Origin: Macrostomum lignano
Taxonomy: Eukaryota
DNA: 64,000 nt
Direction of reading: 5' to 3'
Assembly: GCA_002269645.1 (NCBI GenBank)
Contig: NIVC01001741.1
Coordinates: 1-64,000, forward strand
The translations under genes were made by a program, and so were the position numbers. Of this stretch, positions 11,730 to 25,368 are shown in pieces. Each line of letters starts with the position of its first letter. The stretch's first letter is position 1. The notes beneath the pieces are model-generated. The model searched no databases. It saw nothing but the letters and a program-made list of their open reading frames with translations, and had not been told where the DNA came from.

Positions 11730-11988
11730 AGACCTTTTCATATTACCAATTCCAGAACCAGAACCGGTTCGGAATTCCAAGAAAAACAGCAGTATAACTA
11801 TTAAACTCTGTTAATATTTGACTGCCTTAACAACCTAACTTAGCACAATTTTTCACTTTCTTCTTGGCGATTGTCATTCAATAATAAAACTTTATAGCAC
11901 GTATCTTCCTCTAGTTATGGAGACAAAAAGTTATACTTCACAAATTGGTTCTGGTTCTGGAACCAGAGCAAGCAATATGAAAAGGCCC
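11730..11988. mobile_element. PIF/Harbinger-like MITE
   Basis: Ends GACCTTTTCATATT..TTCCAGAACCAGAACC and GGTTCTGGTTCTGGAA..AATATGAAAAGGCC are inverted. ATT occurs on both sides and may be a 3-bp TSD. Confidence 0.55.
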
Positions 11989-12769
11989 ATTGAATCAGCC
12001 AAGAAGCAAGAAATTCTATAATACATCCATCCACCAATGTCAGACTTCACGATAGGGATGGATTGGGGCCTGTATTGTGGAAAAGATTCACTTTTTCCCC
12101 TTCCCTTTTTATTTTTTGGAGGTTTTTAACCAAAGAAGTCATCCTGGTTGCACTATTGTAGCGATTCTGAATGTTATCCTATCCGGTCCTGGAAGCAGTA
12201 ATTTTGCAAAGTACACAATTTCTAAAAAGATAAATTCACAGTTTTGATTTCTTCCTAAAATGACAAAAACTTTACAAGGGCTAAAATCATAATCAACTAC
12301 ATATATATGTATCATTTAATAGGATAACGGTTGGATATACATGCATGTAGATGTGATAACACCATAATATAATTGCTTTCGATTTTTTCTTCGGAAAACT
12401 TTCTCCTGAAAACGTCTCAAACACGTTGTCCAGTTCATGTACACAATGAACAACAATTCATGTAGATGCACGCTAGCGTTGAACACCATCAGCAGCTGAG
12501 GCCGCCGGTCACAGTTCAATGCAGTTGCAGGAGGCGTGCTGCGAGTCACGAAGCTCTAGCTGCATGTACTTATTTTTAAAGGCCAGATTGATCCGACTCG
12601 ATCTTGTAGCTACGTACCCTCCCCATTTTCGTTGACCAATCGGTTGCCATTTTTTGTTAGTCAGCTCTCTAAGTCTATAAGCCATTTTTGTACAAGTAGA
12701 AAGTAGTCCGCGTATAGTCGGCGGACAATATAGTCCGCGTATATTTGCGTATAGTTACATAGTATAGAC

Positions 12770-12805
12770 CACAGATACTATAAAACAGTGTTTATAGTAC
12801 CTGTG
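12770..12805. mobile_element. 36-bp micro-MITE (hairpin) with 8-bp TSD
   Basis: CACAGATACTATAAA-ACAGTG-TTTATAGTACCTGTG has 15-bp arms with one mismatch. It is flanked by GTATAGAC at 12762-12769 and 12806-12813. Confidence 0.65.
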
Positions 12806-14104
12806 GTATAGACATAGTACGAGTAAAAGCTCGTACTTTTGTAGTTTTTTATTTTTATTTCACGGTGTCACTTCAGCTGTTAGGCTTCATTGCATTAGTT
12901 AATGTACTTGTGATAGCAGGTACTTTACAAAAATGGAGGCTCGGATTGATAAACTCAGTTTGGCATAAAATTCGATGCCAATTATTGATCGTGTTGCTTT
13001 AAAAATAAAAATTATCGATACTACTGTGAGTAGGCACATAATCAGCGATTCCTACTTTTTAGAAAGTTGAAGTCTCTTTTTCGAGAATAATATTAATAGC
13101 TACCATGCATTCTAGTTGGGGTTCAGTTTTCGGCGTTAAATTTATTGCGAGAATGCAGGACCTTGCCTTTTCTTTAGCAGATTATTTAAATCCATTCTAG
13201 GCTCAAAAAGAATTCTTTTTGGGATCGAATGGCTAACATTGCTCGCATACAGTCCTGTCTTACGCTTCCTTGCGGGTGATTAATGTGTTTTTGCATCCCC
13301 TTGATCTACTTAAATCTTTGATCTACTGCAGTGGAGCATGCCCGCAATTTGAGATCAACTCTGGAAAATCTGCAACCTAATCTATAATGCTGGGATACGC
13401 AAGCTAATGGCTGATTATTTACAGGAAGCGAGCTTGTCTTTAATGATTTTACTTGCACTTTTCTCTGTTTGAAAAATTTTGCTTCGTGTAGCTAAGCATG
13501 TAAATTTATAAGAGATTTGATTTTTATAGGCCAATGCCTGCAAGTGGTCAAAGCTCATTAACGCTCCTTCCCTTACTCATCAGTCATCCCGAAGTGAGCC
13601 TAGCTAAGTTATACCATTTTTTCAAAACTGAAAAAGAGAACACACAAAAATGCACCAGTGTTTTTAGTATTGTTTTTTTCCAATAGCACTTGCATTGCCA
13701 AATAAATTCAAATATGAAGATTACAATATGTTTTATAGTTTACAATAGTTTTTTTTCCTGCTCACTAATCCTTTAAGGATATGCCAGTTTTGCAAACTAT
13801 TCAATATACGCGTAGCACGCATCAATTAATGTTTTTGAGCTCAGGGTTTCTCTTGGATTCCCTTGACTGAGCATAATTTTACTTTTCAGGGCCTTTGAGT
13901 CGGTCTGTTGTTAAATCGGTCTCTGCAAGAACCTTATAGTGGATTTGTCTGACACACTATATTGATATTGCAGACATTCGATCCTGCAGTCTAATTTTTG
14001 ACAGCCCCTTTTGACAAAAATCCGACTCGCTTGTCAGGCGCTGTCCTGAATTACAATAGACATAATTTGACACAGAGATGCATCAGTGATTGAGCAGGAT
14101 TGAA

Positions 14105-14983
14105 TCACGAAATGACAGGCATGTGGGCGCACTGGTCTCGCAGACGGGACAGCACCCGGTTGCCAGACACTCGCCGAAATGAAGTCTCGGCCGGAGCGGT
14201 GCTGCAGCGGCGCATTGGGGAACTTTCACCGAGGCTGGCGTTGGCCCGGGCGCTCTCCGACCAGAACCGGCTGCGGGAGTCGCCGCCAGCAGCTCCGGCC
14301 GGCGCCAGCAGGTCGGCAACTTGCGCCGATTCGCGCATCCGCTCCCGATGCCGCTGCACCTCCAGCCGGCTCTGGCGCTCCTCTTCCGTATACGAGTCGC
14401 TGCCGGCGGCTTCGCGGCGACGGTAGCAGTCGCGCGTCTCCGTGGCCACCGAGGCGTCGACCGGCTCAGCGTTGGTGCACGCTGCGAAGACCACGCCTCG
14501 GCTGCTGGAGCAGAGGTTCTTCCGATTTCCCACGCCCACAGTCAGGGGCCGGCGTCGGGGCACTGCGGGATCGTCAGGAAAGAAGGAAGAAGCCGGCGCA
14601 CCGTTCGCAGTGGCAATTTCACCGATCCTGCTGGCCCAGCGGCCGGCGCCCGGATGAACCCGGTAGCGGCCGGCGGCCTCGCTGAAGTAAGCCGCCAGCT
14701 GGTCGTCGCGTCGGGCCGTCCAAGTGGACGCCGTGGTGGCGTGCAGCGGCCGCAGGCGCAGCCGGACAGAAGGGAAGCCAGCCTCCAAAGGCACCCGAGA
14801 CCGCAGCGGACCATCCAGTGTGTACACTGCCGCCTGACCGTCGGCGGAACGCATGTGAGTGGCGTTGCGGCACGGTCGGCCCGGCGCCGGCGACCCGACA
14901 GGGAGCGGCTGGGTCACCTGGGACAGGATCGCCTGTGGATAGGGATAGGAGCCGACCGCGTGACTGGCCACTGCTGCGCACAT
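14105..14983 (-). CDS. Intronless uncharacterised protein, about 292 aa
   Basis: Long GC-rich open frame set in AT-rich DNA. The first ATG is at 14983 (MCAAVASH), preceded by an AG acceptor-like site. No family recognised. Confidence 0.6.
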   Translation of the reverse strand: MCAAVASHAVGSYPYPQAILSQVTQPLPVGSPAPGRPCRNATHMRSADGQAAVYTLDGPLRSRVPLEAGFPSVRLRLRPLHATTASTWTARRDDQLAAYFSEAAGRYRVHPGAGRWASRIGEIATANGAPASSFFPDDPAVPRRRPLTVGVGNRKNLCSSSRGVVFAACTNAEPVDASVATETRDCYRRREAAGSDSYTEEERQSRLEVQRHRERMRESAQVADLLAPAGAAGGDSRSRFWSESARANASLGESSPMRRCSTAPAETSFRRVSGNRVLSRLRDQCAHMPVIS

Positions 14984-15659
14984 TGTCAGCTGGCTAGATT
15001 GACAATTGTCAAGCAATTCTCCGACGCCTCCTGCTTTGATTTATAGTCGCTGCGCTTCTGGCAGTAGACTTGATATATCTGGGCTGCGCTCTCCCTTCAA
15101 CTAAGTCTCGCGGCGCTTTTAGCTAGCTGAGTGTACATAAAACTGCAGAAGCTCACAGAGAAGACGTCTCGGCCCAGGGATTCTGCTTCAAGCATAATAG
15201 AGAGCCGAGCTGGCGCGCGCACTTGGCAACGCGACTGGGGAGGGTGGGATTGGGGGGGGGGACAATAAGCTCCACTGATATTTCTTCACCTTAGTAGCTA
15301 GCTCTCTCTCTCTCTCTCTTTCACCCGCAGACTCCATCGGACTGTAAGAAAAAGTTGCTGGCAAAGATATGAGAAAGCAGAATAAAAGCAGAAACCTCTG
15401 CCTCGTAAGTGTCAGACACTCTCCGCCAATGCTGTATTTATTAAGACTATTATCATTTATTACTATTAAGAGTCTGAGCGGGTGGGGCTGTTATGAAATG
15501 TCTGGCGCTAGTTTACCTATTTCTAACTCAATAACTGTCTCAGCATTGGGTTTGTTTTGAGCGTTTATGTTAATTTATAGCTTGTAGTATTTGTTGAGTA
15601 TGGGGTACTCTGTTTAGAGTCTTCTGGTTTTAATTTTTCAAGTTCTCTGCCTTCTACCC

Positions 15660-15995
15660 AGGTTCCAGATTCTCTCTTTGAACTTGGGAATCTTGGTGAG
15701 TTCATGAAGGTACAACTAATTTCTGTGTAAGCAGGCACATCAAGGGAGGTCCTTAGCGCCTGGTTTACCTGGACTCCAGTACCTGGAGCTTTTGGAGGAG
15801 CGTGTCCGAAGCATCAATGAGAATAGGCGCACCATAGGTCATACCACTCTCAATGTAAAACCTGTAGATGGGTGATCCTGGTGTTCCTAGCGATCCTCCT
15901 CATGGCATAGAGCTTGATCATACCACTCTCAATGTAACCTGTAGATGGGTGATCCTGGTGTTCCTAGCGATCCTCCTCATGGCATAGAGCTTGAC
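15660..15995 (-). mobile_element. Degenerate non-LTR retrotransposon (LINE) ORF2 C-terminal fragment
   Basis: Minus-strand pieces IYRFYIESGMTYGAPIL..ASDTLLQKLQVLESR, ALRTSLDVPAYT and LHELTKIPKFKER resemble the post-RT region of Jockey/I-group LINEs. It has stops, frameshifts and a ~78-bp internal duplication. Confidence 0.6.
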
Positions 15996-17804
15996 TTGGA
16001 AATAGTTGTTTATATAGTTTATATAGTTGGAAATAGAATGACACCTAAGAAGGCTGCAGAGTCGAAGTATTGGATTTCGTCCTGACCAAGTTTAAGGGTC
16101 GGCTTATCGGGACCAAAGCTTCAATTAGAAAAACACTGCAGAAATTCCAAAGCGACGCTAAATTACTACGCGGGAAATTCATTTTTCAAAATTCAAGATT
16201 TTCTGTCGAAGAGGTATAACATAACTAATCTTATAGTAATAATGTTGTGCCCGGGTGCACTTGCACCGATGAGCAATCTCTGGCTCCCGGCTCCCGGCCG
16301 CGTGCCTGCGCCAACACCCCCAATTCTGTTTGCGTCAACCCCCCATTCTGTGTACCCCACCCCCCCAGTTGCACCCACCCCACTGTCTGTTAGGTCAGCC
16401 GGTTTTGGCTGGCTGCGGCTCCAGTGCGCCCCCTCGCTCGCCCTGCGATTGGCTGGTGGTCCAGCCAATCGGTTTGTATTCTTTCACCCCTCCAATCGCG
16501 ACCCCGACTTTGTAACTTTTATAAGACGATCGTAATTTTGGCTAGCTAGCGTAAATATAAATGTGTGCAGGAGCGGCGGTAGGGAAGGCATCTTTTTGGT
16601 TGAATTGTGCAAGTCACAGCCATAAGTCTAAGACTGCAATCTAGATACCTGTCTATTCTATAGACTGAAGAGAGAACATTGAGAGAAGCCACCCCTGCTG
16701 CCGCCACCGTTGTTACCCGAAGAAACAGAGTGAGTCGCGTGTCTTTCTTATTTGAGGGACTGGCGGGAATTAATCTGTGCTATAGGGACGGGCTGATTAA
16801 GTCTCCTGACGCGATCCCCCGCTCAGAGTCCGAAGTCAGTCCGGCCAGTTGACTTGACGCCATCTTCGGCTCGTTCACTGTGATAGTCAGGGTAGTGATC
16901 CGGCCTGTAGCAGGTCCGGTCCTGACTGTCTAATCGTCAGGCATGTACTCTCTGCGCCTTGGGGGTTGGCCCTCATGGCTGTGAATCGCACGACAACCCC
17001 CGGCCACTCCTGCGTCACTCTAAAGACACTCCGGTGCCACCCGAATGCAAACCAAAGCCCACATGAACGCATATTCAGTTTGTTGAATAAACCCTCCTTG
17101 ATTAAGAAAGCCGGAGTGAATCTACGTATTTTTTCCGCAGATTTTCCCAACCTGGACAGCTCAGACGGCAACTGAAAAGACTCTGTGGCTTTGAAGCAAG
17201 AAAATTTTACAGCCAACTCGCAGCGTGGATTTGATTGACACCGGGGACTCAGCCAGTGGGCTCCGAATTGAAAAGCAGGAGAGGAGGGGTGAGAGAGAGA
17301 GAGAAGGGAGATGGAGCGCCCACTGCTAATGATCTCCTCGTGCAAGGGAGTCCCCGACAAACCATGGATGCTCGTCCCTGCACCTTTTCTAACGAGCAAC
17401 CATGGAAGCCGGCTGTGGGAGCCTCATCAGTCTGGACTTCGAAAAAGCCTTCCCAGTCAACTCCCCCTCCCCAAACCTGTGGGCTGCGACAGGGCATTCA
17501 AGAATGAAGAAGGGATTGCCTCAGCGACGGGGATCTTTCGGGCATTGGAGATTTTATATAGAGGAGCTGCCTTAGCCCAGCAGCCGCCTGCCCTCCCTTC
17601 GGCCTTTCAGCCTCTTTCTCTGCAAGAGGCGGGCGAACTTCGAAGAGGAGAGAGCGGTTCGCTGATTAAATCAGGACAGCTGAGTCCGCCCAGCCTCTCC
17701 GGCCGTCTCCTCCCCTCGGGTCATTTATCTCCTCCAAGTTTGCCGGCCACAGATGAGCGACTGACTGCCCTGCCTTCAGCACTGCCCAGCTCTTATGCTG
17801 CCAC

Positions 17805-18182
<378 letters not shown>

Positions 18183-18878
18183 AAAGATGTGATAACGGTA
18201 AGGAGGTAAAGTAAATCGAAACGATGAGAAAAGCTGAGACAGGAGAGCAGCCGAGGTCTGTAGCGTCGCGGTCCCCTGGCTTCAAAGCCACCCAATCCTA
18301 TTCCACTAATCCCATAATCTTGATCGTCGGCTGCGCCCAATTCACTTATCCCCGCATACCCTTGGCAGCAACTCCAGCGGCAGTATCTCACTCCTCTCTC
18401 TCCTTTCACAAGCATCCGAGCTGCCGCTGTGATACTATGCTTCATCATAGTCGATGGTGTAGTCCCAGCTTCTTCCCCCTCCTCCCCCGCCCCGAGCGGG
18501 CTCCTACTCGAGCTCCCGGTTCCCTGTTTATTCCCAGGAGTTCGCTGATATACTCTCCCTCTCCCAAGGCACGGGAAGGATTCCGGCCCAGTTCTGGCCC
18601 GGAGAAATTTCAAGGGATCAGGCGGGGGTCATGGAGAATTTACCTACGAGAATCTGGTTTCCTCGCTGATGCTTTGATGAAGCTTAATGTAGATAAGGTG
18701 ATAATTCTTGGAAAATACCAGTCCAGAACTGGCTAACTGAAGATTAATTTAGCTCAGCTGTCAACACATCTGCCAAGGTCTCGTTTTGAGCGTTTGTTCT
18801 GAGCGAGGGGACCTCTGCTGCTCTCCTGTATCAGCTTTTCTATCGTTTCGATTTACTTTACCTCCTAACCGTTATCAC

Positions 18879-19111
<233 letters not shown>

Positions 19112-20401
19112 GACTAGGTCAGGAAGTTTGCTTGTAAGCTGGCAATAAATATTATACGATCATAGTATAAAATTGCAGACAAGAAGCTGTTAGTCTTTCT
19201 TCCTCTCCTCCTGTCAGCCCAATGCATGACGTCCAATTACGAAGGGAGTGCAGCTGCACTTCGCTGGACTCTGCCTCCCAGCTGCAGGATACTCCTTGAC
19301 CAGTTCCCCCCACCCGCGGTAATTTTTCTTGTCACCACTGACCGACTTCAGCCCCAAGGCCTTATTAGGAGCGGCATTTTCTCAGAAGCAAAAGCGATAC
19401 ATGAGAAGCCGTGTTTCTGCCTACTGGCTGACGTCGGGCGCCCCCGATTTAGCCAGTAGCGATGCTTCATAAACTGTAGCTGTAATCTGTTACTCAGGAC
19501 ACTTTTGACAGCGTATTTGGTTGTTGTGAATCAGTACATTCCTAGAGACGCATGCTTTTCTTATCAAAAACTTTTAAGCTTTAAAACCTAACTTAGTGAT
19601 TTCTAAACACGAGCTGATGTCTGTTTCAATAGGTGCTTGTACACCTCAGTGCTCAATTGGTTAAGAGTACACTTGAGTCACTTTTCCTTCCATCTCCTTT
19701 CCTTGAAGTTAGAGTGCTCTTAATATAATAAAGTCTACGGAAATTCGACAGGCTCAAGACAGGCTCTGGAGCACTGCCTTCCTGCACTTCTACATATGCT
19801 CGCCTGGTTTAGACATCCTCAACTCAAGTGCGATTTCTCAAGTTCCTCACGATATCCTTCTCTCGTTGACAACAAGCATCTCTCTCGCTCTCCCGCTTAC
19901 TGACGGCATGCGGAAGCTGCACTCTCTGAGTTAAACGTGCCCAATGTCACGCACTTATTGCCTGTCACTGTGTGATGCGGGTTTCCCGACTTTCACACAC
20001 TTTCACACACAGATCTACAGCTCAATATTTCAGAAGTAGTTTTAGAGGTGCTTTTCACAGACTGATTACTTTCTTAATGATTTTTACTCAACAATGCTCG
20101 TAGAGGCGCTACCTCCCAACTTAGTCGCTCAGGCTTTTATAAGTTCAACTAGCTTGACTAGCAGTCTCCTTTGTTTCCTTGGGACCTTCCTCCGAGTTTA
20201 CTCAAGAGCAGATTGACTGGTCGACAATGAGATTCCCGAGGGAAATCACCAGGGACTAAAGTGTGGGACAATTTTCCGGAATTCGCAAGTGATAAAGGCC
20301 GGAGTTGTGGGAGGATTGCTCAGTACCAGTGATTACTGCTTGATTAAGGAAGCCTGTCTCAGTAAAATGCGCAGGTACGGAGTCATTATTTAGCTTGTAT
20401 T

Positions 20402-20580
<179 letters not shown>

Positions 20581-20997
20581 AGAAATTCCGCACTGTACTA
20601 ATGAAGCAGTGCAAAAGCGAGCGTGTGTATTGAGTTGCCAGCTTATTGAATCGAAAATGAGTCGATAGGATGAGAAAATTCGTCCATTAATTAGGTGTAA
20701 CAACGCTACACCATGTACTATAGAGTCGTCAATGAGTGTAAGATGCGGCTTCCAATGCATGCAAACCAAATTTGCAAGCCAAAATATGGCTACAAGTGCA
20801 ATAACACCATTAGATTGGATTGAAGAATGAGTAATAAATGGTTCATCTCAAGGATGCTAGAATCGTCAGAAAGATATCGATTGAAAACCTCAGTTTTGTA
20901 CAGCGCAATAACAGTAATATGGGTGATAGTTGGTCCATTCTCAGCCTGCGTAAGATAAGATAAACAAATCAGATTTGGCGCGAGTTTGAATTCCCAA

Positions 20998-21625
20998 GCT
21001 TAGTCAGTAGCCAACAATGAGCTAGTCAGTAGCCAACAATTAGCTAATCAGTAGCCAGCAATCAGCTAGTCAGTAGCCAACAGTTAGCTAGTCAGTAGCC
21101 AACAATCAGCTAGTCAGTAGCCAACAATTAGCTTAGTCAGTAGCCAACAATTAGCTTAGTCAGTAGCCAACAATTAGCTTAGTCAGTAGCCAACAATTAG
21201 CTTAGTCAGTAGCCAACAGTTAGCTAGTCAGTAGCCAACAATTAGCTAGTCAGTAGCCAACAATTAGCTTAGTCAGTAGCCAACAATTAGCTAGTCAGTA
21301 GCCAACAATTAGCTAGTCAGTAGCCAACAATTAGCTAGTCAGTAGCCAACAATTAGCTAGTCAGTAGCCAACAATTTGCTTAGTCAGTAGCCAACAATTA
21401 GCTAGTCAGTAGCCAACAGTTAGCTAGCCAGTAGCCAACAATTAGCTAGTCAGTAGCCAACAATTAGCTAGTCAGTAGCCAACAGTTAGCTAGCCAGTAG
21501 CCAACAATTAGCTAGTCAGTAGCCAACAATTAGCTAGTCAGTAGCCAACAGTTAGCTAGCCAGTAGCCAACAGTTAGCTAGTCAGTAGCCAACAATTAGC
21601 CAGTCAATAGCTAACACTTAGCCAG
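20998..21625. repeat. 22-23-bp minisatellite just downstream of the RASL10 stop
   Basis: Unit TTAGCTAGTCAGTAGCCAACAA. Confidence 0.95.
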
Positions 21626-21647
21626 TCATTCACTGATGTGAGCGCAT

Positions 21648-22852
21648 TCACATTACAGAGCACTGATTTCTACGGAACGCCTCTTGCACCCTGGCTGAGG
21701 TCGGCTTGTGCCCGAAGTCCTTGTGGTCGATGGCCTTCAACAGCTCCCTAAAGGCGGCGCTCACGTGCCAGTTGTACTTGGCCGAGCACTCCACGTACAG
21801 GCACTTCCACTGCTTCCGCACCAGGTTGCCTGCTTCCCTCCTGGCCTCCTTGCTCGCCTTGTCCTTGCCTGTCAGGGCCTCCGCAAAGTCTTTTTCCCTT
21901 CCGCCGATGACGTCATTTCCCGCACCGTTCCCAGTTCCGTTGCCATTTCCGGTCGAGTTTCCGGAATTCAACAGGTCGGCTTTGTTAGCTACAACCAGGA
22001 CTGGCGCGTCTATGCCCTGGAATGGCGTGAGTTGTCGGGTGACTGGCTGACTGAATCACTGACTGGCATATTAACACACCGACTCAGTCACTGACACACT
22101 CACTGACTCGCTGAATCACCGACACACCAACTGACACATCAACTGACACACTATCTGATACACTCACTGACTCACTGAATCACTGACACACTCACTCACA
22201 CGTTCCACTAACTCACTAACTAACTGACACACCAACTGAAACACTCACTGACTCACTGAATCACTGACACACCAACTGACACATTCCACTAACTCACTAA
22301 CTAACTGACACACCAACTGACACACTCACTGACTCACTGACACACCAACTGACACACTTACTGACTCACTGACTCACTGACCTGCTCCTGCAGCTGTTCT
22401 CGAATTCGCTTCACGTAGCCAAACGAGGCCTCGTCGCAGAGGTCGTAGACCAGCGCGTAGCCCGATGCCGAGCGCAGTCCGTAGCCGCGAAAGTCAGAAA
22501 ATTCCTGCAGCGAGTTGGCTGGGAAGTAGCGCAGCGGAGGACAATCGACTAGACGAGCTTCGTAGGTGCGATCGTTGACGGTGATGCAGGGCCGGTGCAC
22601 CACGGGCCGGCGGGTTCGGGTGTACGTGTCCGGGCAGGCGCAGTGGACGAACTGCTGCACCAGGCTGGTCTTGCCAACGCCTCTGGCTCCCAGCACCACG
22701 ATGCGGATGTCCTGCGGCTCAGAAGAGTCGCCGCTGCCGCCGCCACCGCCGCCTCCACCTCCACCGCCACCGCCGCCACCGCCGCCACCACCCCCGCCGC
22801 CGCTGCCGCTTCCGCTGGCGACGCCGCCGCCGAAGCCGGCGCCGCGTAGCAT
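21648..22852 (-). CDS. RASL10: RASL10-like small GTPase, 2 exons, 279 aa (310 aa if the upstream ATG at 22945 is used)
   Basis: Exon 1 is 22852-22382, with VLGARGVGKT, DCPP..FPANSLQEF and LVYDLC..SFGYVKRIREQ; donor GTCAGT, phase 0. Exon 2 is 22016-21648, with VLVVANKADL, LVRKQWKCLYVECSAKYNWH and the CaaX end RRNQCSVM*. These motifs are characteristic of RASL10A/B. Confidence 0.92.
22045..22380. repeat. Degenerate CACTGACT/CACTGACA repeat filling the RASL10 intron
   Basis: Direct reading. Confidence 0.9.
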
Positions 22853-23074
22853 TCGAAACCGTGCGCCCGGCAGTTTGCGCGTCTTTTCTAGGAAAAATAT
22901 CCTACCAAAAAGGCAACCAGATCGCCAAGGATTGGGGATCGGCATGGCTTGGTAGCGAAATACTGAATAAATTTATATCAATGCGCAGGCGCGGTGGGTG
23001 AAACAGCGCTCTGATTGGTTGGTAAGAAGTTTCTTGGTAAGACCTATAGCGTATGACTGCGGGCCAGAGGAGGA

Positions 23075-23540
23075 GCGAGAGAGGAGAGGGAAGAGAGAAG
23101 AGAAAAGAGAGAAGAGAGGTAGGAGAAAGGAGACGACGGCGAGGAAATAAAGGAGAAGAAGAAATGAGGAGACAGGAGCAAAGAGAACAAGAGGAGAGAG
23201 GAGAGAGGAGAGAAGAGGAGAGGAGAGGAGAGGACAGGAGATGAGAGGAAAAGAGAGAAGAGGAGAGGAGAGGAGAGGAGAGGAGAGGAGAGGAGAGGAG
23301 AGGAGAGGAGAGGAGAGGAAAAGAGAGAAGAGGAGAGGAGAGGAGAGGAGAGGAGAGGAGAGGAAAGGAGAGGAAAAGAGAGAAGAGGAGAGGAGAGGAG
23401 AGGAGAGGAGAGGAGAGGAGAGGAGAGGAGAGGAGAGGAGAGGAGAGGAGAGGAGAGGAGAGAAGAAATGAGAGAGGAGAGAGGAGAGAAACGAGAAGAG
23501 ACGAGAAGAGAGGAGAAGAGAGGAGATTAGAGAGAAGGGA
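23075..23540. repeat. (GAGAG)n purine-rich repeat upstream of RASL10
   Basis: Direct reading. Confidence 0.95.
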
Positions 23541-23559
23541 GCTGGGAAGAGACACAAAC

Positions 23560-23650
23560 CTTGAGCGGGCCGGATTGCTATTATGAAGTTTCAAATGCCC
23601 CGAGGGCCGGATAGAGAGGCTTCGCAGGCCGGAGTTGGCGGACCTCTGAC
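23560..23650. mobile_element. hAT (Charlie-like) right-end remnant
   Basis: Repeated GGGCCGGA/AGGCCGGA subterminal motifs end in GGCGGACCTCTG. No matching left end was found. Confidence 0.4.
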
Positions 23651-24952
23651 TTCGTATATTAACTAAAATCAAGGTTGATTAGCCCGACAGATAATCAGAC
23701 AGGCGTGTGCGAATCCTGTAGTGTTGTCGTCCACTGTAACGGATGACGATGGAGGCAACGAATGGAAGTATACAAGAGTAAAGACCTATACAAGTCATTT
23801 CGCACTATGAACCTATAGAATAACATTGACATAATAATATTGACACGGGCAATCTCATTAACGAACAAAAAAGTTTCTACCAAAAGCCATATCTAATAAA
23901 GCATTGGAATATTTACAATAAAAAATTACCAACTTGCTACTTAAAGTAGAAATGCGAATAAAAAGCCAACAATTTGATGAGTAGCTTGTGTGACTATAAC
24001 GCCGCTTTTGACGCCAAAGGTGAAAGTGTACAGAGTGTGTGTACATCCTAGTGTAGGTGACAATGCGGCCCTGACTCTCTCGTGGCAGCAGAGGCAGCAT
24101 GCAACCAACGAGAAAGAGTCTGATCCGAGGATTCGAGTCTAGGACCTAGGTCGCTAATCTGTAGTAAAAGCTGGAATTTTGAAACGAACGGTCGAGTTCA
24201 AAACGAGCAAAAGACAGAAAAAGAGGCAGAGCAAGAAAGCAGGGGTTTCGAAGAATTACATCTCGGGTGATCCAATGGATCAAAGCAGCTTCAGGGCTGG
24301 AAATTACAGAGCAGCAGAAAATGCAAATAAAAAGCCCTGGAAATGAGCGATTTCTGACTCACCTCTCGCTGTAGCCTCGGTCAGGCCGGTCTCATCAACT
24401 CTTTGACAGGAAATTAAAGCGTTAAAACGCAGGGGGGTCGGCCGGTCTTTCGCGAGCAGACTTATTTATTTTTCTTTTGTCACTTTTGTCGGCTTTTAAT
24501 TAAGCGATGGAGCTCTGGCTATCAAGCCGTTTCCTGTCGTCTTTTACAAGAGAATTAACGGAAATGAATTGCCTTCGTCCACTTGTGAAATGCTCAGCTT
24601 TACGCATCTTATCTTATTAAATTACATTTTATATTAGCTTTGATCCTTTAATATTCACAAAAAACGTTTGATTAATTTAAGGCCACTTATTGAACTAGCA
24701 TGAACCCTTAGTGTAACAGTAAATGCTAATTCGGTTTTTGGAATTTCTGCAAGAAATTTAAGAGGACATCACACTCTAACACACCGCACAGTGCCCCAAC
24801 ACTAATTCACCCAACCGAGCCTCCTAATTCACCTCACCAAGCCCCCTAATTCACCTCACTGAGCCCCCTAATTCACCTCACCAAGCCCCCTAATTCACCT
24901 CACTGAGCCCCCTAATTCACCTCGCTGAACCATTAACCTACCGCACGCCCTG

Positions 24953-25368
24953 TTACCGAACCCCTGTAGCTCCGTGACCGAACCCCTGTAGCTCTGTGAC
25001 CGAACCCCTGTAGCTCCGTGACCGAACCCCTGTAGCTCCGTGACCGAACCCCTGTAGCTCCGTGACCGAACCCCTGTAGCTCTGTGACCGAACCCCTGTA
25101 GCTCCGTGACCGAACCCCTGTAGCTCCGTGACCGAACCCCTGTAGCTCCGTGACCGAACCCCTGTAGCTCTGTGACCGAACCCCTGTAGCTCCGTGACCG
25201 AACCCCTGTAGCTCCGTGACCGAACCCCTGTAGCTCTGTGACCGAACCCCTGTAGCTCTGTGACCGAACCCCTGTAGCTCCGTGACCGAACCCCTGTAGC
25301 TCCGTGACCGAACCCCTGTAGCTCCGTGACCGAACCCCTGTAGCTCCGTGACCGAACCCCTGTAGCTC
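24953..25368. repeat. 22-bp minisatellite upstream of GABBR2
   Basis: Unit ACCGAACCCCTGTAGCTCCGTG, about 19 copies. Confidence 0.95.

Noticed and set aside
13100-13500. Possible hAT transposase C-terminal remnant (minus strand, DCMRAMLAI..EPRMDLNNLLKKRQ)
   Set aside because: The resemblance needs frameshifts and is too weak to call without a search.
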